The notes beneath the pieces were generated by a model. It ran no database searches, was not told the origin of the DNA, and worked only from the letters and a program-made list of their open reading frames with translations. From Mogibacterium sp. (GTDB lineage Bacteria > Bacillota > Clostridia > Peptostreptococcales > Anaerovoracaceae), in NCBI GenBank assembly GCA_017431175.1, contig JAFRLN010000034.1, positions 14,030 to 78,029 on the forward strand: 64,000 bases of DNA, read 5' to 3'. The stretch's first letter is position 1. Each line of letters starts with the position of its first letter. Below are positions 26,519 through 34,859 of the stretch, in pieces. Both the position numbers and the translations under genes were made by a program.

Positions 26519-27511
26519 ATGAATTATTCAATAGTCATACCATGTTACAGATCATCGCATACCATCAGAAGCGTTGTCGAAGAGACGATTGCTGAGATGG
26601 ACCGTCTCGGCAGGGACGGATACGAGTTCATCCTTGTCGACGATTTCTCGCCTGATGACGGCGAGACCGTCCGCGAGCTGCAGGCTCTGGCGGATCAGTA
26701 TTCATGTGTTACAGCAATAGCCCTGGCGCACAATGTAGGTCAACATAACGCTCTCATCTGCGGGCTCAATTACGCGTCCGGGAACATCATCATTTTCATG
26801 GATGATGACATGCAGACCCACCCGTCGCAGCTCGACAAGATCATCAACGGTCTTGATGAAGACCACGATGTAGTATACGGGTATTATCCGGATAAGAAGC
26901 ATTCAGGCTTCCGTAATTTCGGGTCCTGGTTCACTCATATGAGCGTACGCATCCTCATCGGCAAGCCGAAAGACATGAAAACTTCGAGTTATGTCGCGAT
27001 GAAGAAGTATGTCCGTGACAGTATCATCAAATATCCTGCTCACTACACTCAAATGCAGGGACTGATCCTGCGTACCGTATCCCCGGCACGTATCGCGAGT
27101 GTACCTATCCAGCATTTTGACAGAGCATACGGTGAGTCAGGCTATACACTGAAGAAACTTCTGAGTCTCTGGTCCAACATCGCTGGCTTCTCCATCGTCC
27201 CGCTCCGTTTCGCCCAGAGGTTCGGTGTATTTACAACTCTGTGCGGAGTTCTCGGTCTGATATGGCTGCTGGTACGCAAGCTCATCAGCAAGACCAAGAT
27301 CCTCGGCTGGACATCCACAATGATGACCATCATCATCTTCTCCGGCATCATACTTATCACGCTTGGTGTAGTCGGTGAGTACGTCGGACGGATGTTCCTG
27401 ACGATGGGCAACTACCCGCAATACGTAGTCCGTGAAGTATATGGAAACAACATTGACTGCGAATCAAAATCAGAGAACAAAAAAAGTAGAAACGTCGCTC
27501 AAGAAGAGTAA
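26519..27511 (+). CDS. Polyprenyl-phosphate glycosyltransferase, GT2 (GtrB/ArnC/CsbB-like), third and most divergent paralogue
   Basis: 330 aa. MNYSIVIPCYRS..., VDDFSPDDG, FMDDDMQTHPSQ, two C-terminal TM helices and VVGEYVGR. Confidence 0.85.
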   Translation: MNYSIVIPCYRSSHTIRSVVEETIAEMDRLGRDGYEFILVDDFSPDDGETVRELQALADQYSCVTAIALAHNVGQHNALICGLNYASGNIIIFMDDDMQTHPSQLDKIINGLDEDHDVVYGYYPDKKHSGFRNFGSWFTHMSVRILIGKPKDMKTSSYVAMKKYVRDSIIKYPAHYTQMQGLILRTVSPARIASVPIQHFDRAYGESGYTLKKLLSLWSNIAGFSIVPLRFAQRFGVFTTLCGVLGLIWLLVRKLISKTKILGWTSTMMTIIIFSGIILITLGVVGEYVGRMFLTMGNYPQYVVREVYGNNIDCESKSENKKSRNVAQEE

Positions 27512-27558
27512 GTCTCTGCCTTAAAACTGCCAATTCGAGGAAAAACTATTTATCAGGA

Positions 27559-27586
27559 AACCGGAAATCGTTCTCCGGTTTTTAAT
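27559..27586 (+). terminator. Rho-independent terminator
   Basis: AACCGGA-(8 nt)-TCCGGTT followed by TTTTAATTT. Confidence 0.65.
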
Positions 27587-27666
27587 TTGCAATAATAAGA
27601 ATAAGAATTACTACCCCGGTTATACTATTAATCTCCCCCATAGCCCTTTTTGTTATTCTTGACACA

Positions 27667-27858
27667 CTAGTCAAAAATCTTTATTTCTGAGAGTCTTACT
27701 CCGAACAGGTCTGCCACTGCGATCACTTTTCCAACTGCAACTCGCGAGATGTCTTTTTCCCAGGCATTGTATGTCTGAACTGATATGCCAAGCTTCTCAG
27801 CGGTCTCACGCTGAGTCCAGTTTTTACGGGCTCTCAGTTCCTTGAGCGAATACTGCAT
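27667..27858 (-). CDS. Small XRE/Cro-type helix-turn-helix regulator
   Basis: The track ORF starts at a GTG (27867). The ATG at 27858 gives MQYSLKELRARKNWTQRETAEKLGISVQTYNAWEKD..., a classic HTH_3 pattern, 63 aa. Confidence 0.85.
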   Translation of the reverse strand: MQYSLKELRARKNWTQRETAEKLGISVQTYNAWEKDISRVAVGKVIAVADLFGVRLSEIKIFD

Positions 27859-27882
27859 CAAGCACACACCTCCTCGTGTCTG

Positions 27883-27911
27883 ATTATACTTGAATATAAA
27901 TCAAGTAGCAA
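27883..27911 (-). promoter_or_regulatory. Strong promoter candidate TTGCTA-17 bp-TATAAT driving the Cro-like gene
   Basis: On the minus strand, -35 at 27911-27906 and -10 at 27888-27883. Operator-like site O1 lies entirely in the spacer. Confidence 0.55.
27890..27904. promoter_or_regulatory. Operator-like inverted repeat O1: TTGA-ATATAAA-TCAA
   Basis: Read directly. One of three TTGA-N7-TCAA sites in the 224-bp divergent spacer. Confidence 0.55.
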
Positions 27912-27919
27912 TTGCTAAT

Positions 27920-27934
27920 TTGACCTGAATTCAA
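27920..27934. promoter_or_regulatory. Operator-like inverted repeat O2: TTGA-CCTGAAT-TCAA
   Basis: Read directly. Centre is 30 bp from O1. Confidence 0.55.
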
Positions 27935-27961
27935 CCATGTGCGATTAATATTCGTATACGC

Positions 27962-27976
27962 TTGATAATTATTCAA
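27962..27976. promoter_or_regulatory. Operator-like inverted repeat O3: TTGA-TAATTAT-TCAA
   Basis: Read directly. Centre is 42 bp from O2. Overlaps the -35 of the plus-strand promoter candidate. Confidence 0.55.
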
Positions 27977-27990
27977 CAATCTTGTATTAT
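27962..27990 (+). promoter_or_regulatory. Promoter candidate TTGATA-17 bp-TATTAT for the CI/LexA-like gene
   Basis: Hexamers read at 27962-27967 and 27985-27990. This would give a leader of about 95 nt. Confidence 0.4.
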
Positions 27991-28091
27991 TGGGGTACTA
28001 TTTGTCGTATTGCTTCATTTCTATGCTTATATGCAGTATTCTCTGTATGATTTGTATTCTTAATATTGATAAGTTTTGAGGTTCGGTTAAG

Positions 28092-28730
28092 ATGCACTTC
28101 ATTGCCAGCAACATCAGATATCTGAGAAAACGCGACGGTTATTCGCAGCAAGCTTTGGCCAATTTGCTAGGATATCATTCCGACAAATCATTCACTACAG
28201 TCCAGAAATGGGAGTCCGGAGTATCGACGCCGCCGCTCGTCGTTTTCTTGCGTTTAGCAGAGATTTTCAAGGTCGATCTTGATACACTGGCATATCAGAA
28301 CATGGCAGACCCATCCAGCAGAATAGAATATAATAAATCATCTTCTATAGTTCCGGTTTATAGAAGTCTCTCGAACGATGATTCGGCTGATAAGTATCAA
28401 GACATTGAGGGATTTGTAGATATCGATTCTAAGGATCTGGATGCAGACAAAAGCTATTTTGCTCTAAGGGTCACAGACGCTTCAATGCATCCAAAGTATG
28501 AAAAAGATGACATAGTACTCTTCGAGAAGCAGGATGCATATAGCACCGGATCTGATTGCGTGGTAAGAATAGGTGATAATGATGCTACGTTTATGAAGGT
28601 TCGCAATAATAGGGATCACATTCTTCTTCAGCCTATCAACCCGGATTTCGAACCAGTTCTGATCAGCAACGATGGAAGCTTCTCAATCAAGATTCTTGGT
28701 GTTGCCAGAGAAATAAGAAGGAAGGTATAG
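28092..28730 (+). CDS. CI/LexA-like repressor: N-terminal XRE HTH + C-terminal S24 peptidase domain
   Basis: 212 aa. HTH: IRYLRKRDGYSQQALANLLGY...VQKWESG. S24-like: YFALRVTDASMHPKYEKDDIVLFEKQ...ATFMKVR...ILLQPINPDF (Ser in DASM, Lys in FMKV). Confidence 0.8.
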   Translation: MHFIASNIRYLRKRDGYSQQALANLLGYHSDKSFTTVQKWESGVSTPPLVVFLRLAEIFKVDLDTLAYQNMADPSSRIEYNKSSSIVPVYRSLSNDDSADKYQDIEGFVDIDSKDLDADKSYFALRVTDASMHPKYEKDDIVLFEKQDAYSTGSDCVVRIGDNDATFMKVRNNRDHILLQPINPDFEPVLISNDGSFSIKILGVAREIRRKV

Positions 28731-28775
28731 CCAGAAATTAGCGGCTTATCTTATCTTGAGTTTAATTCTCGCAAG

Positions 28776-28812
28776 CAAAACGGGGTCTGTTTACTGCAGA
28801 TCCCGTTTTATA
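28776..28812. terminator. Bidirectional rho-independent terminator between convergent genes
   Basis: AACGGGGTCTG-(7 nt)-CAGATCCCGTT stem (one G-T pair), flanked by AAAA and TTTTATAT. Confidence 0.7.
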
Positions 28813-28838
28813 TCTATCTATCACACTGACTGTGATTC

Positions 28839-29774
28839 CTATTCACATTTCAGGCTTCTCACCTCTGTCATCGCTTCTTCCATATCTTCCGGATATATGC
28901 CCAGCGCCTGATTCAGGAGTTCGGTGCTCATCCACGATGGCCTTATCGTCTCTTCCTTAGAGTCGTCATAATCGATCGGGGTGCCGTTTTCGAATACCCT
29001 GTTGACGATCTGCGCGATCTCCAGATTGGTGTATGCATGAGGCATGCCTGCGTTGACGGTGATGTTCTCACCGGCGCTGAGATGCTCATTGCCGCACGCA
29101 AGCGCGGCGAGGATCTTCGCGAGATCTTTCACATAGAGGTACTGGCGCTTTACGACGCTCCTGCCGATGACGCGGAGCTGTCCGCCGGCAGCGGCCGTAT
29201 CGATGAAGACATTCATCATCGCGCGCCTCTTCTCTCCGAGGCCCAGCACCTGGGCGATCCTCGCGATCCCGTATGTGACGCCGCATTCATCAGCGTATCT
29301 GCGTATCAGCTGCTCGCATCTGATCTTGGAGTCCCCGTATGCAGTACGCCCTTTGAGCGGAGTGTCTTCTGTCCACGGGATCAGCGATTCGTCATCGTAG
29401 ACTGAGATCGTCGACGCGAAAACGATCCTCTTCACTCCGGCTGTTACCATTGCCCTGAGGATGTTCTCAGTCATCTCTTCATTGATCACATAGTCTGCCG
29501 GATCCGGCGTCGTTCCTCTGACTCCCGCCAGATGCACCAGGACATCAACGCCCTCGAGGACCTCTGCCAGAGACGCCTCTGTGTAATCTGTCGCTTTCCA
29601 CTGCACGGCCGGGCAGGATGCCTCTGCATCAGGGATCTTCCCGCTGCCGGCAGTCTCTTCTTCCGATGCGCGGCCGCCTCTTGTAAGGCCGACTATAGAA
29701 TTGTCTGTTTTCTTCAGTAGGCTGAGCAGCTCAGTTCCGATGAACCCGCTCGCTCCTGTGATTGCTATTTTCAT
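28839..29774 (-). CDS. NAD-dependent sugar epimerase/dehydratase/reductase (extended SDR)
   Basis: The track ORF extends to 29861. The ATG at 29774 overlaps the MATE stop (ATGA) and gives MKIAITGASGFIGTELL (GxxGxxG). YGDSK is the YxxxK motif. Confidence 0.8.
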   Translation of the reverse strand: MKIAITGASGFIGTELLSLLKKTDNSIVGLTRGGRASEEETAGSGKIPDAEASCPAVQWKATDYTEASLAEVLEGVDVLVHLAGVRGTTPDPADYVINEEMTENILRAMVTAGVKRIVFASTISVYDDESLIPWTEDTPLKGRTAYGDSKIRCEQLIRRYADECGVTYGIARIAQVLGLGEKRRAMMNVFIDTAAAGGQLRVIGRSVVKRQYLYVKDLAKILAALACGNEHLSAGENITVNAGMPHAYTNLEIAQIVNRVFENGTPIDYDDSKEETIRPSWMSTELLNQALGIYPEDMEEAMTEVRSLKCE

Positions 29775-31162
29775 TTTGCGCTCCCCTGCATTATCAGAGA
29801 TTTCTGCTTCCAGCGGCCTCTCTGGTATACGGCTACTGTCATCGCCGATCCCATGAGCCACGCGATCAGCATCGATACGAACATCATGTAGAACTGTCCG
29901 TGCGGATTCTCAGGCGACCTTGTCATCCATGTCATCAGGTAAGCCAGCGGGACACGGATCGCTACTGTTGTGATCATGGACAGCCACATCGGCGCCATCG
30001 TATCTCCGGCGCCTCTCATGATGCCCTGCAGGCACTGCGTGACTTCCATCGCGATATAACCGACACCCATGATCAGCATCATGTGATAGCTCTGTTCGAT
30101 CAGCGCGTCCGTGTTGGTGAAGAGAGCCATCAGGTACTTGCCGAAGATGAATATGAGTACTGTGATGACAGCAGAGGTCGCCATAGCGACTCCGGTGCCT
30201 TTTTTCGCTCCTGTCTCTACCCTGTCGATCCTGCCGGCACCGATATTCTGCCCCGCGAAAGTGGTCATGGCCGCTCCGAATGAGAATGCCGGCATCATGA
30301 CGAATCCGTCGATCCTCATTACGATTACGTTGGTGGCTATGCACATAGGCCCGAAGCTGTTGGTGAGCGACTGCACGACTACCATGGAGAGAGAGAATAT
30401 CGCCTGTGTTATGCCTGAAGGAAGTCCGAGACGCACCAGTTCCCTGACATACTTGCTCCCGGGTTTCAGATAGGCCGCCTTCAGATCAAAGACGTCCTTC
30501 TTTCTCGCCAGCTTGATGAAAGACAGCACCGCCGAGAAGCTCTGCGCGATGACGGTCGCAAGAGCAACTCCCGGGACTCCCATCCCGACCTTCGCTACGA
30601 AGAAAATATCGAGCACGATATTAAGGATCGTCGCGACCACAAGGTACATAAGAGCGGAGATCGAATCTCCGAGACCTCTGAGCACTCCCCCGAGGATGTT
30701 GTAAAACGCGCATCCCGCTATTCCGAGGAACAGGATCCTGAGATAGTCATCGCACCAGTTTAAGATCTCATCCGGCGTATTGAGAAGTCTCAGCAGCGGC
30801 ATCGTAACCAGCGGGGCTATGATCATAACGATCACAGACGCAAGAAAAGTCATCGTAATGCAGCATCCGATCGATTTGGACAGATGATTCCTCTGCTTTG
30901 CGCCGAAATACTGCGATACCATGATCCCTGCTCCTACTGAGATACCCATGAAAAGTACCAGCAGAAGATTGACGATAGGCCCCGCGCTTCCTACAGACGC
31001 AAGGGCATTATCGCCTATGTATTTGCCTACCACGATGCTGTCGACAGTATTATAAAGCTGCTGGAATACATTTCCGATCAGCATCGGTATCATGAATTTT
31101 ACGATCTGCCGCACCGGGTCCCCGACCGTCATGTCGACAGGTTCAAATATCTTCTTCCACAT
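29771..31162 (-). CDS. MATE-family (MOP superfamily) transporter
   Basis: 463 aa with 12 TM segments. N-terminus ...IVKFMIPMLIGNVFQQLYNTVDSIVVGKYIGDNALASVG is typical MATE. The substrate (drug or lipid-linked glycan) is not determinable. Confidence 0.8.
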   Translation of the reverse strand: MWKKIFEPVDMTVGDPVRQIVKFMIPMLIGNVFQQLYNTVDSIVVGKYIGDNALASVGSAGPIVNLLLVLFMGISVGAGIMVSQYFGAKQRNHLSKSIGCCITMTFLASVIVMIIAPLVTMPLLRLLNTPDEILNWCDDYLRILFLGIAGCAFYNILGGVLRGLGDSISALMYLVVATILNIVLDIFFVAKVGMGVPGVALATVIAQSFSAVLSFIKLARKKDVFDLKAAYLKPGSKYVRELVRLGLPSGITQAIFSLSMVVVQSLTNSFGPMCIATNVIVMRIDGFVMMPAFSFGAAMTTFAGQNIGAGRIDRVETGAKKGTGVAMATSAVITVLIFIFGKYLMALFTNTDALIEQSYHMMLIMGVGYIAMEVTQCLQGIMRGAGDTMAPMWLSMITTVAIRVPLAYLMTWMTRSPENPHGQFYMMFVSMLIAWLMGSAMTVAVYQRGRWKQKSLIMQGSAK

Positions 31163-31189
31163 CTCCAGTCACTTCCATTTTTGAAAATA

Positions 31190-31222
31190 AGAAAAGGTCA
31201 GGACATCGTTCCCGGCCTTTTC
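31190..31222 (-). terminator. Imperfect hairpin + U-rich tract between the adenylating-enzyme and MATE genes (possible intra-operon attenuator)
   Basis: Minus-strand AAGGCCGGG-(8 nt)-CCTGACCTT (one mismatch, one G-U pair) followed by TTCTTATTTTC. Confidence 0.35.
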
Positions 31223-31233
31223 CGCGTTGCTGT

Positions 31234-32541
31234 TTACTGGACATTGCAGACAAAACATCTCTGCTTGCCAGTCTTCTCCGGAGGCAGTTCGTCGAGCCAC
31301 TCTATAGTAATCTTAAACTCATCGCCGTAGAGCTTGGTCACCTCTGTGATGAATCTCTCTTCGATCTGCTCCTTAGTCATCGACTTGTTGAACGGATCCG
31401 CTACCAGCTGGATCTTCATGTCGTGATAAGTCTCTTCGATGAACCTGAACTGCGAGAGTCCGACTGTGTGGTTCGCTATCCTCATCAGCTGGAGCGCGGA
31501 TGAATCCGCTCCGCCCTCATGCTTGACGAGGTCGTTCATGCGGCCTTCGATGTCCGTGAAGTACCTGATGCCGTCCTTCACGAATGACTTGCCGAGGTCG
31601 AGTGTCTCATAGTTGATCAGCGGATAAGTGTGCTTGTACAGAGAAGTCACGACAATGCGTCCGTCATCGGCAAGCTCGTTCTTGTCGTTGTAGACATTAG
31701 CGACTGCGATGTCGTTGGCGACATATCTGTAGCCTACACCCGGGAACTCATAGATAAAGCTTCCCATCTCGGATACTCCGTACGCGTCGATCAGTCCAGG
31801 TCCGAGCGCCTTCGCAAGCATCTTGCGTGTTACTTCATCGACCATCTCGCTTATAGGCGCGTAGAGCTTCGGCTTCCATATTTCAAGGTTGTGTGACTCG
31901 GCATAAGCGACCATTCTGACCATGACGTTGCGCCTGAGGCAGATGAGGTCCGGCTTATACTCGTTGATGTCCTTGATCAGATCGGCGATTCCGTCGCCGA
32001 CTATGTGGTCTTCTCCGACAACTTTACGTCTCATCAGTCCGAACTTCTGGATGATGGAGTCTCTGTTTTTCTTCCTCGGTCCCTTGTGGCTTGTCGAGAA
32101 TGAATACATCTTGCCGAAAAGCGGCTTGTAGCCTGCTGCCGACAGTGCTCTTGCCCAGTTGGCATCACTGCAGGCCTGCTCTTTCTGGGTGTAGAGCATC
32201 TTAAGCGGTGTGCCGGAAGATCCGCTCGTGCTGAGGATGTTGACATCATCATGGATCTCAGGATGATCATCCCACTCAGTCTGCATCCACAGACGAAGTT
32301 CAGGCTTGGTTAGAGTAGGGAATTTTACGAGATCCTCAGCGCTGTGATAGTCATCAGGAGTCGTACCCGACTGCTCGAACTTCTCTCTGTATACAGGGAT
32401 CTTGTAAGCTCTCTGCATCAGCCGGTAGATCTTCCTGTTCTGGTCCGCCTTGATCTTCTTCGGATCACCGTCGAGCGATCTTCTCAGCGTCAGCAGATAC
32501 CATACCGTATAAGCATTTTTGAGTTTTTTCTGAATACCCAT
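31234..32541 (-). CDS. Adenylate-forming enzyme, phenylacetate-CoA ligase / CapK / F390-synthetase-like
   Basis: 435 aa. ...FPTLTKPELR..., P-loop-like ILSTSGSSGTPLKM, and overall PaaK-like length and layout. Confidence 0.65.
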   Translation of the reverse strand: MGIQKKLKNAYTVWYLLTLRRSLDGDPKKIKADQNRKIYRLMQRAYKIPVYREKFEQSGTTPDDYHSAEDLVKFPTLTKPELRLWMQTEWDDHPEIHDDVNILSTSGSSGTPLKMLYTQKEQACSDANWARALSAAGYKPLFGKMYSFSTSHKGPRKKNRDSIIQKFGLMRRKVVGEDHIVGDGIADLIKDINEYKPDLICLRRNVMVRMVAYAESHNLEIWKPKLYAPISEMVDEVTRKMLAKALGPGLIDAYGVSEMGSFIYEFPGVGYRYVANDIAVANVYNDKNELADDGRIVVTSLYKHTYPLINYETLDLGKSFVKDGIRYFTDIEGRMNDLVKHEGGADSSALQLMRIANHTVGLSQFRFIEETYHDMKIQLVADPFNKSMTKEQIEERFITEVTKLYGDEFKITIEWLDELPPEKTGKQRCFVCNVQ

Positions 32542-32556
32542 GTTATCTGACCTCCG

Positions 32557-33699
32557 TTATTTTACAGTTCTTCCTGTCCTGCGGATCACATATCCGCACT
32601 TCTCTATATATCCGTTGATCCTGAGCACTCTGTCGCCGTCATCGTAATAGTAGCAGACATGCTCAGCGCCTTCCGTATCGAACTCGCCGCGCGCAAAACG
32701 CGTATTCGGCTCTTTGCTCATGAACGCCAAGCTGTACTCTTCCGCAGGCATCTCATACTTCCCGTCCAGGACAGAGGCACCCTCAAGCAGATGCCTGAAG
32801 CACGCGTCCAGAAGATCCGCGCCGCAATAATGTCTGATCAGGTTCCACATGTGGCAGCCGTCAAGTCTCGGTGTGACTTCAAGCAGTACAGGATCAGTGC
32901 CGTTCCTGAGTTTGATCTGGAAATACGCCGGTCCGTCGGTGATCCCGATCCTTGATGCCACGCGGGCAGCAAGGTCTTCACACTTCATCTTCGCCTCTGC
33001 GTCAGCAAAAGACGAAGGGACCCGGTGCTCTTTGATGATCCCGCCGGGATACTCGTCGAACGCGTATCTGTCGCTGACGAGAGCGAACTTCAGCGCTCCG
33101 TCCTGCATATACGCGTTGACCGATACCTCCGGCCCGTCGATGAATTCTTCAACGATGACCTTGCCTTCGAACGAATAACCGAGAGAAGCCGCGAAGTGCT
33201 CTCTGATATCGTCCGCGGACTCCACCTTAAAGCATCCTCTCTGGCCCTGCGAGTCGACAGGTTTCATCATACCCGGGAAGTCCGTATACTCAAGAGCTTC
33301 TTCGAGGGTGCGCGCGGTTATGAATGACGCGTTGCCTTCAAAGCCCTGTCCGAGAGCCTCTCTCAGCTTGCCCTTGGAATGGCAGGTCTCTGCAGTTTCA
33401 TACGAAATAAAATGTGGCAGACCGAGCATCTCGCTGACCTTCATGACGGTCGGCATAGCAAGATCAGAGCCGACGGAATAGATCGCCCGCACTCCGTATC
33501 TTCGCGCGAGGTCTGCGACGCCCTCCATACTCTTGATATCGACCTGTTCGAAATAGTCAAGATGCGGAATGCCGCAGTCTACAGTCGTGTAGCTGCATCC
33601 GACGACCTTGTAACCATGCGCCTTGCAGTATTCGATCGCGTCGATCTGCGCGTTGCCGGCGCCGAGTATGAGGATTCTTTTTTCTTCGTTCATTTTCAT
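32557..33699 (-). CDS. ATP-grasp family ligase (third copy)
   Basis: 380 aa. KRILILGAGNAQIDAIEYCKAHG, FPGMMKPVDSQGQRGCFKV, VIVEEFIDGPEVSVNAY, PVLLEVTPRLDG. The start overlaps the upstream stop (ATGA). Confidence 0.8.
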   Translation of the reverse strand: MKMNEEKRILILGAGNAQIDAIEYCKAHGYKVVGCSYTTVDCGIPHLDYFEQVDIKSMEGVADLARRYGVRAIYSVGSDLAMPTVMKVSEMLGLPHFISYETAETCHSKGKLREALGQGFEGNASFITARTLEEALEYTDFPGMMKPVDSQGQRGCFKVESADDIREHFAASLGYSFEGKVIVEEFIDGPEVSVNAYMQDGALKFALVSDRYAFDEYPGGIIKEHRVPSSFADAEAKMKCEDLAARVASRIGITDGPAYFQIKLRNGTDPVLLEVTPRLDGCHMWNLIRHYCGADLLDACFRHLLEGASVLDGKYEMPAEEYSLAFMSKEPNTRFARGEFDTEGAEHVCYYYDDGDRVLRINGYIEKCGYVIRRTGRTVK

Positions 33700-34859
33700 G
33701 GAGTCACCGTTTCCAGTTCTGTTATAGTCCTGAGCGTATCGCTCAGATCGTGATCTACTTCTTCATGCGGCTTGTCGGCATGAGCGGAAGTGTAATCTTC
33801 ATAGCATTTGTAGAATTTCAGGATCAGTTCCGCGCTGTCTTCCCACTTGGCGCGGTTTTTCTCTGTCTGGGTCCGCGGCTGAATGCCGTATTTCTCTTTG
33901 ATGGTCTTGCCGAGATATGAGGAAAGCTTGCGCTGGCCGGTCGCGACCATGTGATGCGTATCGAAGAAGTCCTCATAATACTCGAGTCCGATCTTGTCTA
34001 TCTCCTTAGTGAAGTCAATGACGTCAAAGCCTTCTCCTCTGATGATCTCTGCCGCCTGATTGAATCTCTGATGTCTTGTATATCCCTTCTCGTTTCCGAT
34101 GATGTGCGGGAACTCGGCGAAAACGATATGCGGTATCTCCGATTCTTTGCACGCTTCGAGGAATTCCCTGAGTTCCGCTTCCCCGTCAGCGTTGAGCGGG
34201 GCTGTAGTATCGTCCGCCGGGAGGATGTTGTCCGCGTCGAACTCCGTATGGTAGAGCGGAGTCATCGCGCCGCGGAGTCTCAGATATCCGTTTCTGTACA
34301 TCAGCATCCTGTCCCTGACAGAGTCATCTCTCAGCTCCGTCCATCTGTAGTGATACTTGATCACCGGGAAGATGCTTTCCAGCGGGTGCTGCGCCATCTC
34401 GCGGGCAAAACGGATCCCGTTCCCCGAGATCGGCAGGTTGTCGCCGAGGAGCCTGACACAGTCTTCCGAGTGGATCATGGAGTCCTCTTCATAGAGAGCT
34501 CCGTTCAGTTCAATGACAAGTACCTGCGGGTGCTGCGTCCGTTCGATCTCTGCCAGCTCGTACTTCCACAGTGGTACAGAGTTCACGGCAAAGCAGTACG
34601 GGTAGCTTGTGTATCCGTGCTCCCGGTACATTTCCGGCGCGCAGTAATCGTTCATGATCTCGCTCGCGCCCATGACAACAATGTCCAGCGAATCCGGCTC
34701 TTCAAGATAGAACCCCTGCAGCAGCACCGACTCGCTGCTTCCGTCATTGGCGAACAGCAGCTGCGACACATAGCAGATCCCCGTTATGACCGCGATGAAA
34801 AGCGCGATGCCGAGTATTCTTTTGGTATATTTCTTTTTTCCGGTAGTTTTCTCTGTCAT
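33696..34859 (-). CDS. Membrane-anchored SGNH/DltD/AlgJ-like (divergent DHHW-family) protein, partner of the MBOAT
   Basis: 387 aa with an N-terminal TM. VVMGASEI (nucleophile-like Ser). FFDTHHMVATGQRKLSSYL parallels FFNTDHHWKPSTALWAAGV in the 42040..43221 product. Confidence 0.6.
   Translation of the reverse strand: MTEKTTGKKKYTKRILGIALFIAVITGICYVSQLLFANDGSSESVLLQGFYLEEPDSLDIVVMGASEIMNDYCAPEMYREHGYTSYPYCFAVNSVPLWKYELAEIERTQHPQVLVIELNGALYEEDSMIHSEDCVRLLGDNLPISGNGIRFAREMAQHPLESIFPVIKYHYRWTELRDDSVRDRMLMYRNGYLRLRGAMTPLYHTEFDADNILPADDTTAPLNADGEAELREFLEACKESEIPHIVFAEFPHIIGNEKGYTRHQRFNQAAEIIRGEGFDVIDFTKEIDKIGLEYYEDFFDTHHMVATGQRKLSSYLGKTIKEKYGIQPRTQTEKNRAKWEDSAELILKFYKCYEDYTSAHADKPHEEVDHDLSDTLRTITELETVTP

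Noticed and set aside
27667-28730. Reading the two HTH genes as a toxin-antitoxin pair
   Set aside because: The genes are divergent rather than co-transcribed. The larger protein has an S24 (LexA/CI) peptidase domain rather than any toxin fold. The spacer has a repressor-operator architecture.
27512-28838. Calling the AT-rich island a mobile element or prophage
   Set aside because: There is no integrase, recombinase, transposase or structural phage gene in the window. I could find no flanking direct or inverted repeats longer than about 6-7 nt. It is kept only as a finding (possible remnant), not annotated as a mobile_element.
29771-31162. Annotating the MATE protein as a multidrug efflux pump
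   Set aside because: The family call is solid. However, the gene sits with overlapping junctions inside a glycan-modification operon, so a lipid-linked-glycan flippase role (MOP superfamily) is equally plausible. No substrate was asserted.
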